A stretch of DNA of 54,366 bases, filler included, from Sphacelaria rigidula (lineage: Eukaryota): assembly GCA_964200075.2 (NCBI GenBank). It is 4 parts of 4 records of this genome, joined end to end, with 100 filler letters (N's around TTAATTAATTAA, not from the genome) between each part and the next. Parts side by side here need not be neighbours in the genome. Positions count along the whole stretch, not along the records: positions 40,851 to 54,366 come from CAXNAA020002835.1; 3 more parts are not named here. One strand, given 5' to 3'. The notes below the pieces were generated by a model. It did no database searches. It worked only from the letters and a program-made list of their open reading frames with translations, and was not told the DNA's origin. The translations under genes were made by a program, and so were the position numbers. How positions within the stretch are numbered: position 1 is the first letter of the stretch; each line of letters begins with the position of its first letter. Shown one piece after another: positions 43,617 through 54,366 of the stretch.

Positions 43617-46472
43617 CTGTGGCGTACGAAGATCGCAAGTGATGGAGTACATGGAATATTCTGAGCGTAGTGACCTCTCGACGATAAAGGTTTGATGGGC
43701 CAGAAGGTCGAGTGCTTTTCAGTGGCAGGGGCATATTTGCAACTTTCCAAAGCTTAAGTTTGATTACAGCGTCTTGGAAGGGATGGACGATCATGTGACC
43801 TGGGCCCACTCGAAGGTGCATAGGACGGTGTACCTTTTTGATTATGTAAAATGCATCACCGACTTCCCCCTGGGTGCAGATGACATCGCCGTCCTTGTAG
43901 GAGTCCTCCACCAGCGCGTCGGCGATTGTCAATATCTCGTACTCTGTCAATTGCTCTAAAATAGGTATTCTTTCGAGGAATGACTTATGCTGGGCACGCC
44001 GGGCTGTGGTTGTGGCCTGAAGGATAACCTGCGGGTAAACCAAGATACAAAAATCCACGTAACGCGCTCATTTTGAAGCATGCTTGTGTTGCATTTTTTA
44101 TTCCCCGTCTAGGGGGTAGCTTGCGAATCTGCATGCACTCCCTTCGGTATCAAGTGCTCACCTTGAACGAAATGCGGTCCAATGCCCACAAGCGTGATTT
44201 TGAAACGGCCTTGCAGGTAGCCGTGCGAGGTGTGCTGTACATCAGCGCTAATTCGCCAAACGACTCTCCGGACCCCATAGTTTTGACCTGCAAGGGGACA
44301 GTGGACTCGAAGAATGTTGTACCTAATATGTTTAGCAGCCATCGGTTACGAAATCGACTGAATATTGCCGCCGCGCCCTTGTGGTCTAATGGTCCGACTG
44401 TCACCGTTAGGGTGGAGAGAACGTAGATTCGACTCCCCATGCGTTGGATTTTATCTTCAAAGTATCTGATTCCCCCCGTCGAAAGCGTGAGCACGTGGAA
44501 AAATAAAATGTACCTGACAGAGTTTGTTCGACAAGAGTTGACGCGGTGCGTAAGTGCTGATAGTCATGACCCAATCCACGAGACCAAAATGCAAGGCGTG
44601 TCTCTGGGAGATATGAGTTGATCTTTTGAGACCACGGACTCGTCCCGAGGAAGGGGAGGGGTTCGAATTGTGAACAAAAAACCTATTGAAAAATACAGAG
44701 CGCATGATACGCATGGATTTCGTACCTTCGCTTCGGTGTCCCCCTTTTTTATAAAAACTTCGAATGTGCCCTGGTCGATTAGATAGAAGTTGTCCCCCGC
44801 ATCTCCTGCGTATTTCGCCACCAACGTGGCAACAGTTAGTTCGACAGAATCGTACCAATTCCAGTCGATCTCGAATGATGGCTACTGCGAATAACATTTC
44901 ACGGGGTACCACTTTTGTGAAACAACATACATCACGCATGATGTGTCACGCGGATTAATACACGACTTGGTATCATCGTCTGGCCTATATCTTCCGCATA
45001 CGCGACTCACCTGCTCTTATCACCACATCCCCTGGCTGGTGCTCGACAAGAAACATGGCGTCCTTGACTTGGTTGGTCTGCTGCTTATCCAGGTGCATGA
45101 ACATGCTGACCGATTGTGGACGACGCGATGAACATGGGACATCAGCTACTAGATCAACTGATCAACTGACCCAGCCCTTGTCATTGAGCTCGGCGTTAGC
45201 TATGAAAAAACGAACAACGTTCAAGGGGGGGATGGAACGCTATCTGCTTCTCATTAAACCATTGTTTTGAGTCCCATGAGTTGGGGCATTGCTACACCCC
45301 GACCGCCGAACACGAGTGGCATGCAGACATTCAGGAAGGCGGTGTCTACCGCACTGTAACACCACACTCGGTTCATACCATCGTGCGGAATAGCAGTAAC
45401 TCGCGAAGTGCCTCACCAAGACGATCCAGACGAGGAACCGAGAACACCATGTGATCACCAGTCGTATCACGCAATGCTTTTGCGGCCTTCATCGCCAGCA
45501 CTCGTACCAGCGAAACGTACCAGCGAACAAGATACTCCAGTAATACGAAAAAAGTGCCCATTGGTGTACAGTATGGCTGATCTGTCTAGGTTGCGAAACA
45601 ACTAACTCAATCCAGAACAGAATCTAATACGCAGCGTTTCATGTAGTCAAATCAAACAGGTCATCGTACATGTGTGAGCCTTACAACGAGTGAATGCGGT
45701 CGCACGCGGTGCTTGTATTGGCTTACATGTTTTCGCGGAGGATATCCTGGATCCTAGCTGACTCCTCCTCACTTTTTGGCACTTTTTTCAGCTCCGGCGG
45801 CTTCTGAAATAAACGGACGGATCGCGGGAAGCACTCGGAACTCGGAGCTGTGCCTCTCGAGTAATGCGTGCGCTGGGAGTCGACGCGGTGGTAGATTCTG
45901 GCGGAGAAATTTCGGGGGGGCGTGCAGTGCTTGCGGTAGTTCCCATTAGTGGGTGGAGCCGTTCGAGTAGCTACGTTGATGAAAGACAGAATACAAGTAG
46001 GAACAATGGGAGATCTGTACTTACATCGTATCTGAATAAATCGGGAAATGGCATTACCGCCATCTGTACATCACTGCTAACGCTCATTACTGAAAAACAA
46101 CGAACATGATCCAGCCAGTGTCCTACAGAAGATCATCTTGACAACACTCCCACCGACTTCTGTGATGATGGGGTAGAGCACGGAGTGAAGAATGCAAACA
46201 GCATGTGACATGGTGCTACCACGCAAGCACGGACCAGGCAGTTTTGCGTGAATATTGTTGTTCCAAGGGAGTGGTGACGCATCAACCGGCTCTTGTTTCG
46301 AATATCTTAACTCTTCCTTGGAATACACACCGTGTTCCCTGCCACTTGCTCTGCCGAAACAGATTCACGACGTAACGGCTTTTTCGTTGTACTCGTCAAC
46401 CGCTGAAGCTCCACGTCATCCATGTACTCGTCATCCTCCGAATCTGTCAGCTCTTCCTCTGATTCAACGCGG
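43533..46472 (-). CDS. PKAR: cAMP-dependent protein kinase regulatory subunit, spliced, partial (5' exons uncertain, 3' end not on contig)
   Basis: Phase-consistent exons 46472-46331, 45803-45727, 45105-45011, 44805-44726, 44287-44162, 44028-43834, 43616-43533. Features: inhibitor site [23 protein letters not shown] (GDAGDNFY...[15 protein letters not shown]...LWALDR) and CNB-B ([11 protein letters not shown]...YFGE). Confidence 0.93.
43834..44028 (-). CDS. PKAR: PKA-R exon (CNB-A/B junction)
   Basis: cag|[65 protein letters not shown]|gtacac. Confidence 0.95.
44162..44287 (-). CDS. PKAR: PKA-R exon (CNB-A phosphate-binding cassette)
   Basis: cag|[42 protein letters not shown]|gtgagc. Confidence 0.95.
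44367..44681 (+). mobile_element. tRNA-derived SINE family B (intronic, antisense to PKA-R)
   Basis: A box TGGTCTAATGG, B-box-like GATTCGACTCC, 3' GACCACGGACTCGTCCCGAGGAAGGGGAGGGGTTCGAATTG, then an A-rich end. Confidence 0.8.
44726..44805 (-). CDS. PKAR: PKA-R exon (CNB-A)
   Basis: cag|(G)[26 protein letters not shown]|gtacga. Confidence 0.93.
45011..45105 (-). CDS. PKAR: PKA-R exon (CNB-A start)
   Basis: cag|(I)[31 protein letters not shown](G)|gtgagt. Confidence 0.92.
45727..45803 (-). CDS. PKAR: PKA-R exon (linker)
   Basis: cag|[25 protein letters not shown](I)|gtaagc. Confidence 0.9.
46331..46472 (-). CDS. PKAR: PKA-R exon (acidic linker and inhibitor site)
   Basis: cag|[47 protein letters not shown]|gtgtgt. 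Confidence 0.88.
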
Positions 46473-46525
46473 CTGAGATGTTCGCACGACAAAATTCGTA
46501 CACGGAAATAGTCTCCACGCATAAG

Positions 46526-46844
46526 TTTTATTTTTTTTTATTTTTATTTGTCGCACTTTGAATCCCTCCCCTTCCTCGGGAAGAGTCCGTGGTCTCAAGG
46601 GATCAACCCCTCTCTCCCTCGGTACACGCCTTGCATTTCGGTCTCGCGGATTGGGTCAGCACTCCCGCACCGCGTCAACTCACGTCAAACAAAATCAATC
46701 AACTACTTTGTTTACTCACGTTCTCACGCTGTCTACGGTGCGAATCAGATATTTCGAAGGAAAAATCCAACGCATCGGGAATCGAACCCTCGTTCTCTCC
46801 ACTCTAATGGCGACAGTCGGACCATTACCCCGCCGGGGCGCGGC
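46526..46844 (-). mobile_element. tRNA-derived SINE family B (intronic, sense to PKA-R)
   Basis: Reverse complement of the 44367 copy: GCCGCGCCCCGGCGGGGTAATGGTCCGACTGTCGCC...GGGTTCGATTCCC..., with an A-rich tail (T run at 46526-46549). Confidence 0.8.
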
Positions 46845-47559
46845 AGTGTATACTGTACGTCGTGATGTTGGTGTGCGCACGTGAGTTGTCACTGCGGGGC
46901 AGATCCATGATAGCGTAGACCATCAAGAGGGCACTGCCACTTTTTATGTAAGATACAATAGTGTGATCCATCTCAAAATTCAGTGGACACGACGATTCGG
47001 AGGTGCGAAATTCGACATTGATGATGGTTTCGCTAGATGATGCTGTATACACACCAAGACATCCATGTGTCAAATTCAAGATGTTTCAGATTGCTGACCA
47101 GAACTCGCACCCCGAAATTCGAATCTACGTGATTGAATCAGGGGGAGCAGATACAATGCTATCGAGAATCGGCTTATATCCACCGGTGCAAGTGCCAGAC
47201 GGGGGTTTCAGCAATTTTCAACTGACGGTTTCCGACAATTCATGTGAACTCCGAGGAATTTTCGAACCACATGTTACTATGTTGTGTTTGCGGGTACTAT
47301 ACATCCCTCATCTTACTATGAGCGGTAAGTGCGATACTTGGCCTAGATTCATGTGTCAAGAGAGGATACATTTAGACTTGTGAGCGGAAGGTTGGCACAT
47401 GGTGTTTGTGATTGGATTGAAGGAGTCAATTGCTACGATTGTAGAACAGTCTAGTCACTCTTTGTTGGGTCCTACAGTGGATGAATCTTGAGAATATTCT
47501 GTACACGGGTGCAGAACGACAGACACTGTATAGCTGATTATTACAGTAATCACGCATAC

Positions 47560-47939
47560 TGATTTGTGTGTTGCCATTTCATTTACTCCGGACGCCTTCC
47601 ATTTATTCTGGACGTTGGTGTACACCTTTCGGTGTATGTGGGCGCACCAGCCGGGATCACACAGGAGGAAGGCCAACACAGGACTATTTTTCCTTTTTTC
47701 TTTGTTTAGTTCTCCACCTCCCTTCTGCGGTGCTCGCCTTAATTTTTTATCGCGGGAGGCGTTCAGCAGTCCCTTTCCCTCGTCGACCGTCAAGCCGATT
47801 GTTGTGTACCCACGATATAGCCGCTCTCCACTGTTGGGCGCTGTGTGAGAAAAAATCCCTGATCGCCGCGAGACTCGAACCCACGACCCAGCGCTCAGAG
47901 GGTTTCGAGGTTACCGACTGAGCCACCGGGGCGACCGGC
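47560..47939 (-). mobile_element. tRNA-derived SINE family A, full length
   Basis: GCCGGTCGCCCCGGTGGCTCAGTCGGTAACCTCGAAACC...GTGGGTTCGAGTC (A and B boxes); body matches 23751-24075. Confidence 0.82.
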
Positions 47940-50160
47940 TATATAAATTTACTCATTGCAACCCTCGTGTTTCTTTACTTGTGAACTACGTGCAACTGGA
48001 CTTCTCGTCCAAGCCGTGCTTTGCCGTGCGCCGAGCCTGAGGTGGCATGTTGCCTATAACCTGCGGTCTGCGCAATACTAGCACTGTAGACGACCTATCT
48101 CAATACATGGTTCCCCCGGGGATGGTAAAATCACCGGCTCCGGGGGTATTTTCTATCGCTTCGGCCCCTCACTGGATTAGAGGCATGTGGGGTAGACATG
48201 GAATACAGGTTGGATATTTTCGTGATACCCCTCACGTGTACAGAGCGTGGCACCGCACCCATGTAGGGAAAACGGCGAATAACAACGCCTGTGAGCGTAT
48301 TCGGGGAGGGGAAACAAGGACTACATCCCTGGGCGCGGGGGGATCATGAATTAAGGTCGTAGGGTGAAAAATTACGATTGATAGTTCACAGGTCTCCACG
48401 TGCGTTGCTTCTGGTGCGTAACAGGCGAAAACGGTAGATGATAGATCCTCCCTTGGGCTGTGTAGCATGTTTAAGGAGGTATAACTAAGCTTGGCGGTGG
48501 ACGTGCCAAAATGGCAGCAGGAACGTTCATGGCGCTGTTCTCCGTCTTCACCATAAGGATGTCGCATCAGGGATCGCATCTCGTTTCTCAGGCACCATAG
48601 TTTCCACCCCGTTCCCTATTTTCGTGGCAAAATGGCGGATCCATCATCGTTGGTTGCGGGCACTGCGACAGCTCATGCCACCGTCTGAGCACTCGACGGG
48701 GGATATCAAGGTTCCCAGCGACTACTTCTTCGCCCACCTTGAATGAGGGCACAATTCCTGCACCGAAAGTGGTAGTTGAGGTACCTACAAAGCGCGACAA
48801 GTTCATGAAAAAAATGAGGAGCTCCCGCTGGGTTAACTCCTTAGCTGCCTGCGAGCAGAAGTCATATGGGTCATCCATTTTTTCAAGTGAAATTGATGCT
48901 CATCGAACAGATCATCTATGTTGGTAGTCAAGGGGGTAGGGCCATTGTTATCGACACAGTTTTTTCGGATATCTCCGAAAATTTCGGACATTTCGGACTC
49001 TTGGTGCGGATATCTCCGAAAATGTGGCGGCCCGATTTTTTCCCCATAGGTTCACGTTTGGAGGAGTCCGAACAATTCGGACTGCAACGTAGCACTTCGA
49101 AGAGCTGCCCCGTGTGAACGCCGGAGCGCTCGGAAGCGTTCGACAGTCATCAGGAATCCCGCCAGTGACACCCTCGGCCATGTCGGAGATTAGAAAGCGC
49201 CGTGGATTGGCGAGAGTGGCGTCCTCAGGTCGGCGAAAGCGAGTAAACGAGGAGATGAGCACACACACACTATGTCCGTGATGAGAAGTCCAACGGCAAC
49301 GGCAGAACTCGATACGAATGCCAACCTCTGGGTCGTTCGGAGGTCTCCGGAATTTCCGAATCTCTAGAAGAAACGATAATAATGGGCCTTACATTTTGGC
49401 ATCTGTTAGCACGACAAGAGAATACAAATGCGGCCACCACACTTAAGAACTTGCGGTCAAAAACAGGTGCTGAGGTCCGTGGTGCCAAAAACCGCCCTAC
49501 AACAGGTAAACAGCGGCTACTGTGAACAGGTCTTTCCTCAATGAGTACTTGCGGGATTTCTCCCCTCCATGGGTGGTACCCTCATCACATTTAGCCTCTT
49601 CATACGTTCCTTAACGAGAAGAGGCTGGTAGAGGAAAACCTTTTTCGCCAGCTAGCGGTGAGGATTTGCAGCATTCTTCACTAATCTTCCACGTGTGTAG
49701 GGTTCAGGAGCCAACACTCTCCACAGAAACGCTCCCGTGAGTCTGTAAACTCTGCTTCGAATTCACCCAACAGTTGTCTTGTCTCCCACCATTATTACGA
49801 CTTTTTATGTCGCCGCTTGACTCTTTTTCGTCGCTCTCGGCGGGAGCCTGGATTCGAACTCGATTCCTTGTGTTGTTCATGAAGCGTACGAGACATCTCA
49901 TGGTGTCGCCAATGTGTAAAAAGAGGTCTTTCCTCAACGGGCGCTTGCGGGAATTTCCCTCCTTTCATGTGGTGGTACCCACCCTGCAAATGAGAACGCA
50001 TTTCTTATTTTTTCGCGCATTATTGATGATGGTCGATGCTTCAATCGTGCACTAATAGTTGATTTTTTTGTTCGATCCAGGAGTTCCGGTCGTCTTCTGA
50101 GGTCTCAGGGTAGGCGCCATCGCTGTTGCAGAGGCATGCGATGATAACAAGATAAAACAT

Positions 50161-50573
50161 AGGATTCTATAAAATGAGGTTCATCAATGAAATGAGGTTC
50201 GAGCCCAAAACAGTATTTTCTCCACACTTTCAGCGATGGTGCCCGATGACTTTTTTGTCGGCCTCACGCCCCTCGACCGCGTAGACACTTTTTCAGTGCA
50301 TTTTATCGACTCTGTGAGCTTACAGCGCTGACCGAAACTGCTGTTTTTCCTGATATCACCCCCCTCCCTAAAATATAAGTAGAAATGGCGGTTTCGTACA
50401 GCGCTGTAAGCTTACAGTACAGAGCCGGTAAAATGCGCTGAAAAAGTATCTACGCGATCGAGGGGCATTAGGCCGACAAGAACGTCATTGGGCACCATCG
50501 CTGAAAGCGTGGAGAAAGTACTGTTTTGAGCTCGAACCTCATTTCATTGATGAACCTCATTTTAGAGAATCTT
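50161..50573. mobile_element. Palindromic (foldback) MITE, arms ~185 bp
   Basis: GATTCT.TAAAATGAGGTTCATCAATGAAATGAGGTTCGAGC ... GCTCGAACCTCATTTCATTGATGAACCTCATTTTAGAGAATC. Confidence 0.88.
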
Positions 50574-50830
50574 CTGTTGACGAATACAGTGTCGAGAGCA
50601 GAGTTGGGAATGTTTGCACATAAAACGAACAGAGACATGAGGAAATTGATATGGCAATATAGCGTAAAGAACATGCAGAAAAATATATTCTCAGCTGTAG
50701 TAGTTGATAGGGCTGTATGGAAGAAAGCTACGATGGGGCAGGCTGGAGTAAGGTGGGATACAGAAGTCGAGAAAGTATGGAAGGAGATGGGCGGATACCA
50801 AGACGAAATGGTGTTCATAGATGAAGGCGC
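50574..50830 (+). mobile_element. LINE ORF2 C-terminal fragment (second non-LTR family)
   Basis: TNTVSRAELGMFAHKTNRDMRKLIWQYSVKNM...VWKKATMGQAGVRW resembles the post-RT region of non-LTR elements. Confidence 0.5.
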
Positions 50831-53250
50831 GGGGTACATGTCGAAGTTGTGCGCGCCGGAGAGCTTGCTCGGCTCTCGTTGTGAGAATTGCGCGTGGCGG
50901 GTGTTGTCAAGGCTCGTGGTGCGCTGTTGCGCGGAGCTGGTGCTACGCTACTTGTGGGAGCAGTAGATGTTGTCGGTGGCGGCGGGGCGCGGGGAGGGAT
51001 AGCGCGGGCGGCAGACCGAGAGTGCGTATTTTCGAAAATGAGATGGACAACTGGAGATGGCGGAGCTGATATATTTGCGCGAGGGCCGATAGTGCTGAAA
51101 TCGATGAAATCGGCGTTTGTGGGCTTTAGCCCATCCAAGACTGCATCATATGGTAGGGGGCGAGGGCCGCCCATGCGCGTACCCATCTCTGGGCAATGAA
51201 GGTCAAGGGCGTAAATGGGCGTTGAGAAACGCCGGATAAGGTACGCGCCTGGTTCATCGGGTTCAGTTAGTCGGCAAGCTGGGCTGAAGTCTTCAGCCGT
51301 AGGAGGAAGGGGCAGGCGGGAGAGAAGGTCAGCATTCCCAGTGGTTTTGCCTGGGCGGTGCCTGATAGTATACTGATAAGCTGTCAGGAACTCCAACCAG
51401 CCTTGCACACGCGGGTTCTGTTCGCCAACCTCGGCGAGTTGTTCAAGTGCTCCGTGATCCGTGTAGATTTGAAAAGGCACGTGGAACAAATGTTGTCGAG
51501 GGCGTTATATTGCCCAAGTGATGACTTCGCCTCCTAACTCCAGTGGGCTCCAGTTGGCCTCGTTTGGCAAGGAGGCGCGACTGATATAGAGGATGGGTCG
51601 AATAGAGCCACGGGGTTAAGGCTGATTCAGGACCGCGCCGAACCCGTCGGTGGTGGCGTCTGTGTGCAGTTGAAAGAGGCGAGAGCCGTCTTGTATCGCA
51701 TCCCAGTCTGGGAAACAAAGAAACGGTTTTTCGGTGAGCTTTTTCAGCAAATCGCGAACGATAGCTTCTGTGCCTTTATTGGAGACAAACACGGCGCCTT
51801 TTTCAAGCACGTCCGTTACGGGGCGAATCCGTTTGGACAGCTTAGGCAAAATTTTGCGATAGTAGGACAGTCCACCCAATGATGAGCGGAGTTGAGTAAT
51901 GTTCGTGGGCATCGGCAATTCAGTCATTGCTCTGACTTTGTTGGTTTCCGGGTGTAGACCCGCCGGTGAAATTAAATGTCCCAGGAAATCCAGTTCAGTC
52001 GCTCCACGGCGAGCTTTGGATGGAGACAGTTTCAAATCGTGCGTCCGCAGGCGACAAAGAAACCCGCATAAGGTGCGGACATGCGCAAAAGGGGAGGCAT
52101 CGAAGGCAATAGCGTCCAAGTACATGATGACGTGTCCGAGGTTCTCTGTAACGCGCTGCATTAAGCGTTGGGAACAACCCGGTGCAGTGGCGCCGCCTTT
52201 TAGCATACGTAGCCGTTCGTAGAGCCCGGAAAATGTACAGAACGCTGTCAGTGGGACTGTGTCAGGGTAAATGGCGTTCTGAAAAAATTCAGAAGCAAGG
52301 TCGAAGGTACTGGAAATTTTGCCTTCGCCAAGGGAGTCGAAGACTTCATCTATGCGAGTAATTGGAAGTTTCCCCACCGCAGTAACGCGGTTCAGCCGTT
52401 GATAATTCACGGTGACGCGTATGTTTCCGTCCTTTTTGGGGACTACCACCAGGGGTGAGGCTCATGGAGAGGATGAGTGTTGGACTAATCCGGCACCTAC
52501 ATACGCGTCTCGAATGACGTTAACCTTTCTGGTAAGGATAGAATTTGTCGGATATGGTCGGGAAAAAATTGGCGAAACGCCAGGTTGAAGTGTGATTCAA
52601 AGGGCAGCGTTTGGCAATGCCCCAGACCCGTTTTAGATTGAGAAAACCGGTCTTGGTACTCCAATAAAACATTACTCAATTATTTGATCACAGCGGGTTC
52701 CCAACCGGGCCCATGTAAGTCACAGTTGATGTCACGTAAATGGGATGGAAGTTGATTCCACATGCGCGAGAATCTTTTCCGAGATTCTGGTGATGAGCGT
52801 TGGAGCAATTCAGCAGGAGGGTCGGAAATTGACGATGCAGGGTCCACGGTGTAGATACGTGATGAAGACGAAGAGGTTATGTCGAGGTAAGGCTCATCGA
52901 CGCAATTGACAGAACCACCTGTCGGAGGCGCCGAGTTGGGCGTCGAGGGTTAAGTGGCAATTGTCTTAAGTGGAATGTGCATGAAGGGAGCAGCATCGAT
53001 ACCCAAAACATTACCGGGTTCCAAGTTAGCATGGCCCGTGAGGGGTGAAAGCTGTTTTCCTGCGGGGACAAAGTGCTCTGTGTCGGCAGGCGCACCAACC
53101 CGGGTTCTAGCTTCATGACAGAGCCCAGCTCTGACAAGAGAGCTCGCAGAGGCTGCGCAGTGTTGGTTAAACACTTGCTTGTGCAATGAGAAACATATAG
53201 TTTAAACTTGGCGCTGCATTCGGCCGAAGTCAAATCAAACACAATCAGTC
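50830..53250 (-). mobile_element. Decayed Ty3/gypsy pol (RT and RNase H)
   Basis: SPLVVVPKKDGNIRVTVNYQRLN...FDLASEFFQ...YLDAIAF (YxDD broken)...LDFLGHLI...FQLHTDATTDGFGAVLNQ...FQIYTDHGAL...NADLLSRLP; frameshifts present. Confidence 0.9.
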
Positions 53251-54054
53251 TCTACTTCATAGAATCCTGATGTCAAGCTGGTAGCCTTACTTGAGGTGGG
53301 TCGCTTTGGAGAGTAATAGCGTAGGGTTATGTCACTCTCTCGACAAAACCCTTGGACACTATAAAACTGTTTATCCAAGCTGTTGATGACTTAGACTCTT
53401 CGCACTCAACCCTTCAATATTCTGACAATATGCTGAGTTTCTGTATACGAGCAATACAGTATATGAGCTGTTCACTTTTCTACGACGAATATTCCACTTC
53501 TTCGGTTAATACTACGATCTTTGTTCTAACGATGAACCGCAACTGGTTTTACGGCTATCTCGAGTATGTATATTCGGAACTGTTATTTCTTGAATTCCAA
53601 CAGTTCCTATCACCTTGCCACACAGCCCTTTGTGGTCGGGGTTGGCCGCGATTTCCCTCTTTGTTGCGAGCGGCAAATTCTCGTCGAAGGGCATGGGCAT
53701 TGCGCCGCACACATAGCACAGTACGCCTCTCCGACTGCAGCAGCAGCTGCCGCTGCATACTCCCTTTCACGTTCTGAGAAGTTCTCTGCGATGGAGATCG
53801 ACTGCCTATACACAGCTTGTTTATCCCCATCGATTCCACCCAACCTTCTCAACAGAGGGATACGCAGAACTCATGCCTCTGGCTCTGCCTCTCGTTCCAT
53901 GGCGTTGCTAGATTCAATGGCCTTGCGAAGATGACCACATATAGAGTAGGGTACGCTTTTCCCGTATTTCCCCCAAGCACCCTGTGTTAGTGTAATTGCC
54001 ACGTTTTACTGTAATAGGATGGTGACGGAAAATAAAATCGGGAGAGTGGTATGT

Positions 54055-54220
54055 GTTCGTGTGTGTGTTGTTGTCCCATCTATTCTGGACGCCGGTCTAC
54101 ACCTTTCGATATACGTGAGCGCACACCAGCCGGGGTCACATAGGAGAAAGGTCAACACAAGAGTTTTTTCTTTTTGATTTTTTTTAGTACTCCACCTTCC
54201 TTCTGCGGTGCTTGTTTTTT
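54055..54220 (-). mobile_element. SINE family A, 3' fragment
   Basis: TTCTGGACGCCGGTCTACACCTTTCG...CACCAGCCGGGGTCACA...CTCCACCTTCCTTCTGCGGTGCTTG matches the other copies. Confidence 0.75.
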
Positions 54221-54366
54221 CCTCCCTCAGTTCCGTAAAATAAGATCGGTAAGGGTTTTCCGAATATAGGACCGGTTTCTACATATATACTCAATAATAG
54301 GCGATTCGACCATTGCGAGAGGTCGGGCAAGGTCTACTTGTGATCGCATAAGATATGTGATGAAAA

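Noticed and set aside
47865..47939. tRNA gene (also 23751, 14897, 44367, 46844)
   Set aside because: A and B boxes are present, but the acceptor and anticodon stems do not close, and each head continues into a shared repeat body. These are SINE heads.
53500..53930. Cys-rich ORF (YCAMCAAQCPC) as a zinc finger
   Set aside because: Short, bounded by stops, and the spacing matches no finger I can name.

Overview
Eukaryotic nuclear DNA, intron-rich and repeat-dense, most consistent with a brown alga or related photosynthetic stramenopile. This is inferred from a signal peptide with an ASAF plastid-targeting motif, many short exons in long introns, and the TE landscape. The window is not one locus. 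It is four contigs of 13517, 13517, 13516 and 13516 bp joined by 100-nt artificial spacers (N44-TTAATTAATTAA-N44), so it looks like a size-sorted concatenation. Contig 1 carries a 7+ exon DIM1 (18S rRNA adenine dimethyltransferase) gene with a GC-AG intron. Contig 2 carries the first exon of a small plastid-targeted protein, an RTE-like LINE remnant and several non-autonomous elements. Contig 3 is mostly TEs: a decayed Ty3/gypsy with an LTR, a Ty1/copia fragment and MITEs. Contig 4 carries most of a PKA regulatory subunit gene plus a decayed Ty3/gypsy pol. Best leads: (i) the PKA-R cNMP site A has the PKG-type Thr (PRTAT); (ii) an inverted SINE pair tightly brackets four PKA-R exons, a circRNA-type geometry; (iii) a LINE and a SINE-like element share an (AATC)n 3' tail; (iv) the uncharacterised plastid protein. 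I found no convincing novel multi-gene system.
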